Assembly: GCA_963822585.1 (NCBI GenBank)
Contig: CAWGIE010000036.1
Coordinates: 224,001-288,000 of the forward strand
Source: an uncultured bacterium
GTDB lineage: Bacteria > Auribacterota > Erginobacteria > Erginobacterales > Erginobacteraceae
Direction: 5' to 3'
DNA length: 64,000 nucleotides
The translations under genes were made by a program, and so were the position numbers. This document shows positions 40,936 through 50,933 of the stretch, piece after piece. The stretch's first letter is position 1. Each line of letters starts with the position of its first letter. The notes below the pieces were generated by a model. It saw only the letters and a program-made list of their open reading frames with translations, ran no database searches and was not told where the DNA came from.

Positions 40936-41592
40936 TCACGGCAGTTCGACGATATTGCTCAGAACGACCGGATTGGCATAAGGATTGTCGGTATACTCGG
41001 CCAGGAAGAGAGGCCATCCGGCGGGAACAACGAGAGTAAGAGTATATTCCCCCCCCTCGCTCCGGAAAAGATCCTGATTGTTCCGGTCCAGGAGAATGGT
41101 GTTGTTCGGGGTGTTCATGGTTTGAACACATATCCGGGCATCACCGTCATAGGGCTTCAAGCGGGTAAACGAAAAGTGGAGGCGGGACCTGTCTTCACCG
41201 GAAACCGTTATTCGATATATATCCCCTTCTTCCGGCTCGAAATCGGAATCGGCGATCAGAGGTTTCCACAAGCAGGTAATCATCTTTTCATCGAAGGGAG
41301 AAGGAGACGATGCCGGCGGCACGCCCCCCCCCTGGCAGGCGGCCAGGCTTTCCTCTATCGCGGGGGGATCCCATTGGGGGAAATCCTGTCGTATTTTTTC
41401 CAGCAGATAAGCCGCCGTTTCGTATTTTTGAGAGGCCTCCGCATTCTTTCCCTCCGCCTGCAGGGCGCGGGCTTCTTCGACCAGGGTTCGGGCATTTTTG
41501 AAAAGGAGTTCGGCGGTGGTCTCAGATCCCCTGCTCTGTCCGGCAAGCAAAAGAGCGAGCAACCCCGACAAGAAAACCATCTGTATCTTCAT
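40936..41592 (-). CDS. Exported hypothetical protein
   Basis: GGAGG SD, signal peptide, N-terminal helical hairpin followed by a beta-rich domain. Confidence 0.65.
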   Translation of the reverse strand: MKIQMVFLSGLLALLLAGQSRGSETTAELLFKNARTLVEEARALQAEGKNAEASQKYETAAYLLEKIRQDFPQWDPPAIEESLAACQGGGVPPASSPSPFDEKMITCLWKPLIADSDFEPEEGDIYRITVSGEDRSRLHFSFTRLKPYDGDARICVQTMNTPNNTILLDRNNQDLFRSEGGEYTLTLVVPAGWPLFLAEYTDNPYANPVVLSNIVELP

Positions 41593-41634
41593 CCCAGCCT
41601 CCGTGACAGTTACTGATCCTCTTTCAGGGTCGGG

Positions 41635-43377
41635 TCAGAGATCTTTACTCGGACCGGCTCTCAGCGTATTCTCCTCGAGTTCTTCCCGAATCTTTTTTCC
41701 CAGGATCTCCGTCTCCACCGGTTTTTCCAGGCAGCGGGTAATTCCCAGCCGGGCCGCCCTCTCCCGGGCCTGGTGATCAAGGCATCCGCTGATGATGATG
41801 CATTTCTGCCGGGGACAAATTTCAAGAATCCGGCCGTACACATCAAGGCCGGTAGTATAATCCAGCTTCAGATCCATCACAATCAGGTCCGCCGGATGTC
41901 TCTTGACGTAGGCATAAGCAGCTTCTCCGTCGGGGACGGAGGCGGCATCATATCCCAGCAAAATCAGCTGGCGTTCGATCTTTTTGCGATCGTCCTCGCT
42001 GTTATCCACAACCAGCAGCCGGGCAGGACCCGGATGATCTACGGGAGTCGGCCCGGTCACCTGGCGCTCGGCCCGAAGATACATGCTGAAAGTCGTGCCC
42101 TTCCCGGCTTCGGAAGTGACGTCTATGTAGCCATGATGATCTTCGATCACCCCCGCCACCACCACCAGGCCGAGGCCGGATCCCGAACTCCCCATCTGTT
42201 TCCCCGAGGAGAAAGGGGTGAATATTTTACTCAGAGAGTCCCGCGAGAAACCTTTTCCCGAATCGGATACCCGGATGACCACATATTCTCCCCGCGGGAT
42301 CTGCTGCAGCCCCCGGTGGGGGGCCTCAAGTTTCCGGATGAAAGTGGCCACCGTCAGTTCCCCGCCCGACTCCATTGCCTCGCATCCGTTTCTGACCAGG
42401 TTCATGATGACACACAGTAACTGGGGTGCCAGACCCCGAACCGGAGGCAACTCCTCGGCCAGCTGCAGCTTCACCTGAACCTGCGGGAACCGGCTCTCCA
42501 GGGTCTTGAAACCCATGGACTGGATATAGTTCCTGACCACGCCGTTGACATCAACCGGACAGAGGTCGGTCCGACCGCGCCGGGCCAGGGTGAGGAAATT
42601 CTGGACCAATTCAGCGGCCCGGGAGGCGGCATCCTTGATTCTCAGCACCGGTACCCGGAGTTCGCTGTCGGTGGGCAGTTTTTCCGAGATAAAATCCGGA
42701 TAGGAAAGTATGGGGTTAAAGAGATTCTTCAGATCATGGGCGATCCCGCCGGCCATAATACCGAGTGTCTCCATCCGGGCGGAAAGAGCAAGTTTCCGTT
42801 TCAGTTCCGCTTCCTCAGCCTCGAATTGACAGACGGCGGTGATGTCAACACCGGAGAGCAGGATGCCCTGGGGCACGAATTCTTTGACAATAGTGAGATG
42901 CCGCTCCCCGAACAGTATCGTACGGACGCCCTGCTTCCCCGGAAAGGCGACTTCCTCTTCGGAAGTATATTTATCTTCCCGGTGTCGGAGCAGATAGTGA
43001 GAGAACCGTTCCCGCCCGGAGGGGACCGCCAGATCCAGAAGGTCTTTCCCTATCATTTCTTCTTTCGCCCGGTCAAAAATGTTCAGGAAAGAGCGATTCA
43101 AGTCCAGAACTTTCCCGTCCATCCCGATGACCACGTTGATAATCTGGGCTTCCTCGAAAAAAAAGCGATAGCCGGCTTCCAGACGGCGCAGTTGATCCTG
43201 CAGTTCCTCGATTTTGAGACTGCGGACGCCTTTAATTCTTTCAATCTCTCCCTCCGCGAAAGAAGACATACGGAACTGGATTTTTTTTAATTTTACCAAA
43301 AGCATGATCAGCCAGATAACCAGGCCGATGGAAAGAACAGCCAGGCTGAGAGAGATTATTTCCCACATGTGGTTCAT
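41635..43377 (-). CDS. Hybrid histidine kinase (TM-PAS-HisKA-HATPase-REC)
   Basis: GIAHDLKN H-box, NLVRN, DSGKG, GSGLGL, C-terminal REC. Confidence 0.92.
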   Translation of the reverse strand: MNHMWEIISLSLAVLSIGLVIWLIMLLVKLKKIQFRMSSFAEGEIERIKGVRSLKIEELQDQLRRLEAGYRFFFEEAQIINVVIGMDGKVLDLNRSFLNIFDRAKEEMIGKDLLDLAVPSGRERFSHYLLRHREDKYTSEEEVAFPGKQGVRTILFGERHLTIVKEFVPQGILLSGVDITAVCQFEAEEAELKRKLALSARMETLGIMAGGIAHDLKNLFNPILSYPDFISEKLPTDSELRVPVLRIKDAASRAAELVQNFLTLARRGRTDLCPVDVNGVVRNYIQSMGFKTLESRFPQVQVKLQLAEELPPVRGLAPQLLCVIMNLVRNGCEAMESGGELTVATFIRKLEAPHRGLQQIPRGEYVVIRVSDSGKGFSRDSLSKIFTPFSSGKQMGSSGSGLGLVVVAGVIEDHHGYIDVTSEAGKGTTFSMYLRAERQVTGPTPVDHPGPARLLVVDNSEDDRKKIERQLILLGYDAASVPDGEAAYAYVKRHPADLIVMDLKLDYTTGLDVYGRILEICPRQKCIIISGCLDHQARERAARLGITRCLEKPVETEILGKKIREELEENTLRAGPSKDL

Positions 43378-43632
43378 TGTACTTCCCGGCTCTAAATGAG
43401 CGCCTTTGGCGCACGTTTAGAAAAATTCCATTTTTCAGAATATAGATAAATTGAAAAGGATCTGATAATCAGTTCATATTCAACTGATCAGCCCGGAACG
43501 GTAAGCCCTTGGTATACGAAAGGAAAAGCTGCAAATAACCCCGCGAAACAGAACTTTAACAATAGTGCGCGGAAAAGTCAAACGGGCAAACCGGAATTGC
43601 TCCGCCTGCTCGCGTCCAGGATCCGCCCGGGG

Positions 43633-44637
43633 TTATCCGTCACTGCCGACGCGGGGGCGGTTACGATAATCCCTGATCCCTTTCTTCATCTGATCCCGCC
43701 AATAATCGAGTATGGCCTCCAGCGTCTCATCGATGCCATACTCCGGCTGCCAGCCGGTCACCGATGTAAAACGGGAGTGCTCCCCCTGAAAAAGCGGGAT
43801 CTCGGCTTCCCGCAGACGTCCTTTGTCCTGCCTGACCTCGATCGCGGATTTGGTCAAGGCCAGCAGTTTGTCCAGGATTTCTTTGATCATATAAGTCCGC
43901 CCCGAGCAAACGTTATAGGGTGTCGCCGCGGCGCAGTGATCGACGGCCAGTCGATACGCCCTGACCATGTCCCGGACATCGGTAAAATCACGGAACGCAT
44001 CGAGATTTCCCACCTCCAGGAATGGTTCCTGCCTGCCGGCTTCTATCTTCGCGATCTGAAAGGCGAATGACGCGGTAACAAAACTCGGGCGTTGCCCGGG
44101 TCCGATGTGATTGAAAGGCCGCAGGATTACGGCATCAAGAGACCGGGCACGGGAGTAATAGAAAGCGGCTTCCTCGGCACAAAGCTTGGTTAAACCGTAG
44201 ATACTCGCGGGCCGTGAAGCCTTCTCTTCGGTCAGCGGCATTTCCCCGGTCGGTACCTTCCCGTATACCTCGGCTGAACTGACGAGAATCACCCGGGCGA
44301 CGGGAGCATTCGCACAGGTCTCTTCCAGCACATTCAGACTTCCTTTGACATTGGTTTCAAAGGCCAGCTGGGGCGCGCTCTGGGCCATGGGAACCACCGA
44401 GGTCCCGGCCAGATGAAAAATCACTTCCGGATGGTGTTTCCTGATCACTCTCCCCACGTCCTGGGCGCTGAGAATGTCGCACTCTTCCACGCGAATTTTA
44501 TTTAAAAGGAAAACCGGGGCGTCCAGCACCGCTCCGTGGCGTTCAATCCCGGTCACCTCCCATCCTTCATCAACCAGATTGCTCGCCAGGTGACTGCCGG
44601 CAAAACCCGCGATTCCGGTAATCAATGCGCGTTTCAT
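43633..44637 (-). CDS. rmd: GDP-4-keto-6-deoxy-D-mannose reductase-like SDR
   Basis: GIAGFAG, SSAEVYG, YGLTK, RPFNHIGPGQ, VGNL..RDFTDVRD; follows gmd. Confidence 0.8.
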   Translation of the reverse strand: MKRALITGIAGFAGSHLASNLVDEGWEVTGIERHGAVLDAPVFLLNKIRVEECDILSAQDVGRVIRKHHPEVIFHLAGTSVVPMAQSAPQLAFETNVKGSLNVLEETCANAPVARVILVSSAEVYGKVPTGEMPLTEEKASRPASIYGLTKLCAEEAAFYYSRARSLDAVILRPFNHIGPGQRPSFVTASFAFQIAKIEAGRQEPFLEVGNLDAFRDFTDVRDMVRAYRLAVDHCAAATPYNVCSGRTYMIKEILDKLLALTKSAIEVRQDKGRLREAEIPLFQGEHSRFTSVTGWQPEYGIDETLEAILDYWRDQMKKGIRDYRNRPRVGSDG

Positions 44638-44653
44638 GGGGTGTAATAAATAC

Positions 44654-44940
44654 GTTACGTAAGGTTACGGTTAAATAAGGTTAAGAGAAGTTACGGAAGG
44701 TTACGGAAAGTTACGAGAGGTTACGGTGACACCGGAGCAATCATTTAAAAGAGAAAACCGTGCGAATAAGGAGAAACTTTTATTCTCACTGTAACCCATC
44801 GCGATCTCTCGTAACCTTTTTTTCAACCGTAACCCCGCGTAACCTCCCGTAACCTTCCGTAACCTGTTTTGCAATCGTAACCTCTCGTAACCTCCCGTAA
44901 CCTTCCGTAATCTGTTTTGCAATCGTAACCTCTCGTAACT
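44654..44940. repeat. Inverted decamer array (GGTTACGGAA) with 48-bp higher-order duplication
   Basis: Left arm 44654-44726, right arm 44790-44940. Confidence 0.85.
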
Positions 44941-44949
44941 TTTCGTCCC

Positions 44950-46029
<1,080 letters not shown>

Positions 46030-46081
46030 TTATAAAGTTGCAAGAGAATCGCGTTACTATACTGCTTCAGAATTTCAAAAC

Positions 46082-46170
46082 ATTGTAAAAAGTGTAAAGT
46101 GTAATGTGTAAAGACCCTTTACACTTTCCACTTGAAACTTTACACCAAGTTGCGCCGGAGGCGCCAACTT
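46082..46170. repeat. TTTACAC heptamer inverted array with GCGCC hairpin
   Basis: Same layout as 17355-17442. Confidence 0.8.
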
Positions 46171-46171
46171 G

Positions 46172-47386
46172 ATGATTTATCGTCTGGAAAATACGGTCCA
46201 GAAATATGCCTGGGGTTCCAGGACTTTTATTTCCGACCTGTTGGGGAGGGCAATTCCCTCCGGAAAGCCGGAGGCTGAATTATGGATGGGATCTCATCCC
46301 CGGGCACCGTCGCGGGCACGGGACCGGGGGGATTCGGTCCCCCTGGATAAACTGATCCGGCGGGACCCCGCTGGTATGCTCGGCGAACGGGCGGCAACGA
46401 AATTCCAGGGGAGACTGCCCTTTCTCCTGAAAGTCCTGGCAGCCGATTCCCCCCTTTCCATCCAGGCTCATCCTGACCGGGAGCAGGCCCGGGCCGGTTT
46501 TCTAAAGGAACATCGGGCCGGAATCCCCGTGAATGGTCCACAGCGCAATTATCAGGACTCTAACCATAAACCGGAGCTACTTTGCGCGCTGACTCCTTTT
46601 GACGCCCTGTGCGGGTTTCGTCCTCTCCCGGAGATCGCCGACCTGCTCTCATTTCTCCATCTCGCTGACGCCATCCCGGAAGCCGAAACTTTCCGGCGCT
46701 CCCCGACGGAAGAAGGACTCCGTTCCCTGTTCAAGACACTTTTTTCTCTCCGCGGACGGAAGAAAGAACACCTCCTGGAAACCCTGGTCGAACGGGCGGC
46801 CACCAACCCTCCACGTTCCGAAGACGAAACTCTGACCCTCCGCTGGATCGCCCGGCTCGCCGGGCGATACCCCGGCGACATCGGTATCTGCGCTCCGGTT
46901 CTTCTCAACACGATCCGCCTCCATCCCGGGAAAGCACTCTATCTGAACGCGGGCGTTCTTCATTCATATCTGGAGGGGGCCGGGATAGAGATTATGGCCA
47001 ACTCCGACAATGTTCTCCGGGGAGGGCTGACAGCCAAGCATGTGGACCGGACGGAATTGTTGAAGATTCTCTCTTTCTCCGGCAAACCGGTTTCCGTTTT
47101 GCATGGACAGTCGGCTGATGGCATCGAGTTTGTTTATCGAACACCGGCCGAAGAGTTCCGACTTTCCCGGATGAGCCTGTCGGTCGGATTTCCGTTTCGG
47201 GCCGCCCATCGAAACGGCCCGGAGATCATCCTCTGCGGCGGGGGAAGCTGCCGGATAACCGGGGACGCCGGCGAAAAGCTGAAAGTGGAGAAAGGCGAAT
47301 CCGTTTTTATCCCCTTCAACGCCGGGGGATACCGAATCGAGGGTGAATCTACACTCTACCGCGCTTCTCTTCCAGGCGACGAATGA
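46172..47386 (+). CDS. manA: Mannose-6-phosphate isomerase, class I
   Basis: YAWGS, AELWMGSHP, LSIQAHP, NHKPEL, HSYL.G..EIMANSDNVLRGGLT. Confidence 0.95.
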   Translation: MIYRLENTVQKYAWGSRTFISDLLGRAIPSGKPEAELWMGSHPRAPSRARDRGDSVPLDKLIRRDPAGMLGERAATKFQGRLPFLLKVLAADSPLSIQAHPDREQARAGFLKEHRAGIPVNGPQRNYQDSNHKPELLCALTPFDALCGFRPLPEIADLLSFLHLADAIPEAETFRRSPTEEGLRSLFKTLFSLRGRKKEHLLETLVERAATNPPRSEDETLTLRWIARLAGRYPGDIGICAPVLLNTIRLHPGKALYLNAGVLHSYLEGAGIEIMANSDNVLRGGLTAKHVDRTELLKILSFSGKPVSVLHGQSADGIEFVYRTPAEEFRLSRMSLSVGFPFRAAHRNGPEIILCGGGSCRITGDAGEKLKVEKGESVFIPFNAGGYRIEGESTLYRASLPGDE

Positions 47387-47562
47387 TTATTAAAGCCGGC
47401 CCGAGGAGCCTGTCCGTCGTCATTCTTCAAAACTAAAATTTTCACGCAGTGAAAATTTTACACTTGACTTCTTCTCTTTTTGGGGTATGGTTCTGTTTTT
47501 ATACAATGCACGGCATCAGCCGCAACTTCCAACTTTCCAATCCAATCAAGGAGGAGAGAAAA

Positions 47563-47841
47563 ATGGCAATGACCAAGAAGGACATTATCGCCCAGATGGC
47601 GAAGGACGCAGGGATCTCCAAGAAAGCAGCCCTGGCGGCATACGAATCATTGGTAAACGTGGCCTATAAGGGCGCCAAGGCCAAAGATGGGATTATCATT
47701 CCCGGTTTGGGGAAATTCGTCAAGGTCCGTCGGAAAGCCCGCATGGGCAGGAACCCGGCCACCGGACAGAAGATCAAGATCGCGGCCAAAACGGTATTAA
47801 AATTCCGGGTTGCCAAAGCGGCCCAGGACGCGGTCGTATAA
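47563..47841 (+). CDS. hup: HU-family DNA-binding protein
   Basis: GGAGG SD; MTKKDII, GLGKF, ARMGRNPATG..I.I.A. Confidence 0.93.
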   Translation: MAMTKKDIIAQMAKDAGISKKAALAAYESLVNVAYKGAKAKDGIIIPGLGKFVKVRRKARMGRNPATGQKIKIAAKTVLKFRVAKAAQDAVV

Positions 47842-47888
47842 TTGCCTGAAAGCCGCGCGTTCTCTACCGCGGCCCTCAAAAAGGTGAG

Positions 47889-47922
47889 AAGCGGGGCACG
47901 GCATGCCGTGCCCCGCTTTTTT
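47889..47922 (+). terminator. Intrinsic terminator / REP-like perfect palindrome
   Basis: 30-bp palindrome AAGCGGGGCACGGCATGCCGTGCCCCGCTT followed by a T-run, between convergent hup and malQ. Confidence 0.75.
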
Positions 47923-47942
47923 ATTCGTCTCCGCCACCGGAT

Positions 47943-49436
47943 TCAGCGACCGGAGGCGGTTATCAGTTCCGAGAGGAGAACAGACAGATCTCCGCTCAGA
48001 GCTTCTTCCCGGAAACGCCACTCCCACTGCCCGGTCGGGCGTCCCGGGATGTTCATCCGGGCCGCGCTGCCCAGTCCGAGGATATCCTGGAAAGGGACGA
48101 CGGCCGTATCGGCGACCGAGTCGAAAACGGCCCGGATCATACCCCAGTTCACGTCACGCTTTCCGACACCCAGAAACGCGAGAACCTTCTTTTGCTTCTT
48201 CGGCTCCAGGTGACGAAACCAGCCGATAGAGGTGTCGTTGTCGTGGAGGCCGGTATAAAAGGCGGAGTTCCGGGGAATACTTTCGGGATGATGATATCCT
48301 GAGGGGCCGCCTTCCAGTCCAAACTGCAGTTCCCGGACACCGGGGATGGAGAACTCTTTCATAAGCCGGTCCACCGGTTTCTGAATCTCGGCTTCCAGCG
48401 CTTCGGCGATAATCGGCAGCCCCCCCCCTCTATCATCCTGGAGCAATCGGAAAAGAGCCGCGCCGGGACCTTTTACCCATCTTCCTTTTCGGGAGGAGGG
48501 ATTTTTCACCGAAATATGCCAGCAGGCATGGAAACCCGAGAAATGGTCCACCCGGACGATATCCACCAGATTGAGAACCCGGCCGAACCGGTCCCGCCAC
48601 CATTTGAAGCCCTCCGCCTTCATCACCTTCCAGTCGTAAAGGGGATTACCCCAGATCTGCCCGACTTTCCTCCCTTTCGGGGGGGGGACACCGGAAAGAG
48701 CGCGGCGACGGCCGTGGGCGTCCATGAGAAAAAGTGAACGGTTGGCCCAGGCGTCGGCGCTGTCCTGATTGACGAAGAACGGGATATCCCCGATGATCCT
48801 GATCCCGCGCTTGTTGACCGATGCGCGGAATCGCGCCCACTGCCGGAAGAAGAGATACTGCCTGAATTGAACCTGGGTGATCTCTTCGGAGAGTTCCTCT
48901 CTCGATTGTTCCAGTACGGACTCTTCCCGCAGCCGCAGTGGCGCGGGCCAGTAGAACCAGGGTTTGCCCTTACACTGCTTTTCCAGGGAGACGAAGAGCG
49001 CGTAATCTTCCAGCCAGAAGGAGTTTTTTTCCTTAAAGGCCTCGAACCGGCGACGGTCTTCTCTCCCGGCCTCCCGGGAGAAACGGTCAAATGCTGTCTC
49101 CAGCAGCCGGCTTTTATAGCCGATGACCTTGGGGAAATTGACCCGCCGCGAGGGAAAGGCAGGGCGACGCGCCAGGTCGGTGCGGGGGATCAACCCTTCC
49201 TCCGCCAGTGATTCCAGGCTGATCAGCAGAGGGTTGCCCGCGAAGGCGGAAGGACTGGAGTACGGACAGTTGCCGGCACCGATCGGGTTCACGGGCAGGA
49301 TCTGCCACAGTTTCATCCCCGATACAGCCAGAAAATCAGCGAAGCGGGAGGACTCCGGACCGAGATCGCCGATGCCCGACGGCCCCGGTAAAGACGTGAT
49401 ATGGAGCAGAACACCTGCCTGACGGGGAAATTCCAT
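47943..49436 (-). CDS. malQ: 4-alpha-glucanotransferase (GH77), divergent copy 2
   Basis: GVLLHITSLP, GIGDLG, WQILP, RVDHF, HDN, ARMN.PG..W.WR. Confidence 0.88.
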   Translation of the reverse strand: MEFPRQAGVLLHITSLPGPSGIGDLGPESSRFADFLAVSGMKLWQILPVNPIGAGNCPYSSPSAFAGNPLLISLESLAEEGLIPRTDLARRPAFPSRRVNFPKVIGYKSRLLETAFDRFSREAGREDRRRFEAFKEKNSFWLEDYALFVSLEKQCKGKPWFYWPAPLRLREESVLEQSREELSEEITQVQFRQYLFFRQWARFRASVNKRGIRIIGDIPFFVNQDSADAWANRSLFLMDAHGRRRALSGVPPPKGRKVGQIWGNPLYDWKVMKAEGFKWWRDRFGRVLNLVDIVRVDHFSGFHACWHISVKNPSSRKGRWVKGPGAALFRLLQDDRGGGLPIIAEALEAEIQKPVDRLMKEFSIPGVRELQFGLEGGPSGYHHPESIPRNSAFYTGLHDNDTSIGWFRHLEPKKQKKVLAFLGVGKRDVNWGMIRAVFDSVADTAVVPFQDILGLGSAARMNIPGRPTGQWEWRFREEALSGDLSVLLSELITASGR

Positions 49437-49440
49437 TCTC

Positions 49441-50931
49441 TTACCTCCCGGAACTCCTGGTGTATTCCAGAAACCTCTTTACCATCCCGGCGGTAATCAT
49501 CTCCGGACGATACCGCCACTCCCATTGCCCGGAGACGGCGCCGGGGAGGTTCATTCTCGCTTCACTTCCCAGGCCAAGAACATCCTGAAGCGGGATAATG
49601 ACCGTATCCGCGGCCGACTGGAGAACCGCTTCGATGACTTTCCAGTTGATCCCCCGGGCGGTTCTGGTCCCCAGGCAATCACGGATGCGTTTTTTTATCC
49701 CGGGGGATTGGGCGGCGAACCAGCCGATTATGGTATCGTCATCATGGGTCCCCGTGTAGGCGGCGCATTGCTCCGGGTACTCCTTTGGCAGGTGGGGATT
49801 GTCCGGACGACCATGAAAACCGTGCTGCAGGATCCGGATACCCGGGTAGCCGAGGTCGGTCAGCAGCTCATTCGTCTCCCACTTGATCCGCGGCTCCATG
49901 CTCTCGGCGATGAGGGGCAAAGGGCCCAGTTCTTCTTCAATCGACCGGAAAAGCGAGGCCCCGGGGCCAAGAACCCATCGCCCCTCGGCGGATGTTCTCG
50001 CGCCCGCATCGACGTGCCAGCAGGCAAAAAATCCCGAGAAATGGTCCACCCGAACGATATCAACTTCGCCCAGAACCTCGGAGAAACGGAGGCTCCACCA
50101 CGGGAATCCGGCATCGGCCATCGCTTCCCAGTTATACAGCGGCATATCCCAGATCTGGCTGACCCCGGCCCGGCTGGGGGGAACCCCGGAGAAGACGAGG
50201 CGCCGTCCGGCGGCGTCCAAAAGAAAGAACTGGCGGCGAACCCAGACATCGACGCTGTCATGATTGACGAAAAACGGCAGATCCCCGATAATGCTGATCC
50301 CGCGCTGATTCGCGTATTCGCGGAGCCGGCGCCATTGCCGGGAAAAAAGATACTGACGGAAGCGGGCTCCTTCGATCTCGCGGGCAAATTCCTCACGGGC
50401 TTGCTTGATGGCCGACTCTTCCCGGAAAGCAAGCGGCCGGGGCCAGGTGTACCAGGGCCGACCCTGATGACGCTCCTTCAGAGCGGCGTAGAGCGCGTAA
50501 TCATCCAGCCAGCATGCGTTCTCGGCGCAGAAAACCTCCAGCGCCTCCCTTTCCTCCCTGCCGGCATTGGCCCGGAAACGATCATGGGCCCTCTCCAGCA
50601 GCTTCATCTTCACGGTGCCGGCCCGGCCGAAGTCAACCCGGCCGAAGGATCCGCGTTCGGGAGCGGGGATATCTTCCCGGGAAAGAATGCCTTCCCGGGG
50701 CAGTTCCTCCGGGCTGATGAGCAGGGGGTTGCCGGCCAGGGCGGAGGGACAGGAGTAGGGCGAGTTACCGAAACTTAAAGGCGCCAGCGGAAGGACTTCC
50801 CACAGCCGTTGCCCGGCATCGACCAGAAAATCGACAAAGCGGTACGCCCCCTCCCCCAGATCACCGATCCCATAGGGTGAAGGGAGGGACGTAATATGAA
50901 GCAGGACACCGGACCTGCGGGAAAATTTCAC
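49441..50931 (-). CDS. malQ: 4-alpha-glucanotransferase (GH77), divergent copy 1
   Basis: GVLLHITSLP, GIGDLG, SPY, RVDHF, YTGTHDD, ARMNLPG. Confidence 0.88.
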   Translation of the reverse strand: MKFSRRSGVLLHITSLPSPYGIGDLGEGAYRFVDFLVDAGQRLWEVLPLAPLSFGNSPYSCPSALAGNPLLISPEELPREGILSREDIPAPERGSFGRVDFGRAGTVKMKLLERAHDRFRANAGREEREALEVFCAENACWLDDYALYAALKERHQGRPWYTWPRPLAFREESAIKQAREEFAREIEGARFRQYLFSRQWRRLREYANQRGISIIGDLPFFVNHDSVDVWVRRQFFLLDAAGRRLVFSGVPPSRAGVSQIWDMPLYNWEAMADAGFPWWSLRFSEVLGEVDIVRVDHFSGFFACWHVDAGARTSAEGRWVLGPGASLFRSIEEELGPLPLIAESMEPRIKWETNELLTDLGYPGIRILQHGFHGRPDNPHLPKEYPEQCAAYTGTHDDDTIIGWFAAQSPGIKKRIRDCLGTRTARGINWKVIEAVLQSAADTVIIPLQDVLGLGSEARMNLPGAVSGQWEWRYRPEMITAGMVKRFLEYTRSSGR

Positions 50932-50933
50932 TA

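Noticed and set aside
44654..44940. Possible CRISPR array
   Set aside because: Units are 10 or 48 bp and tandem, with no unique spacers; no cas genes in the window
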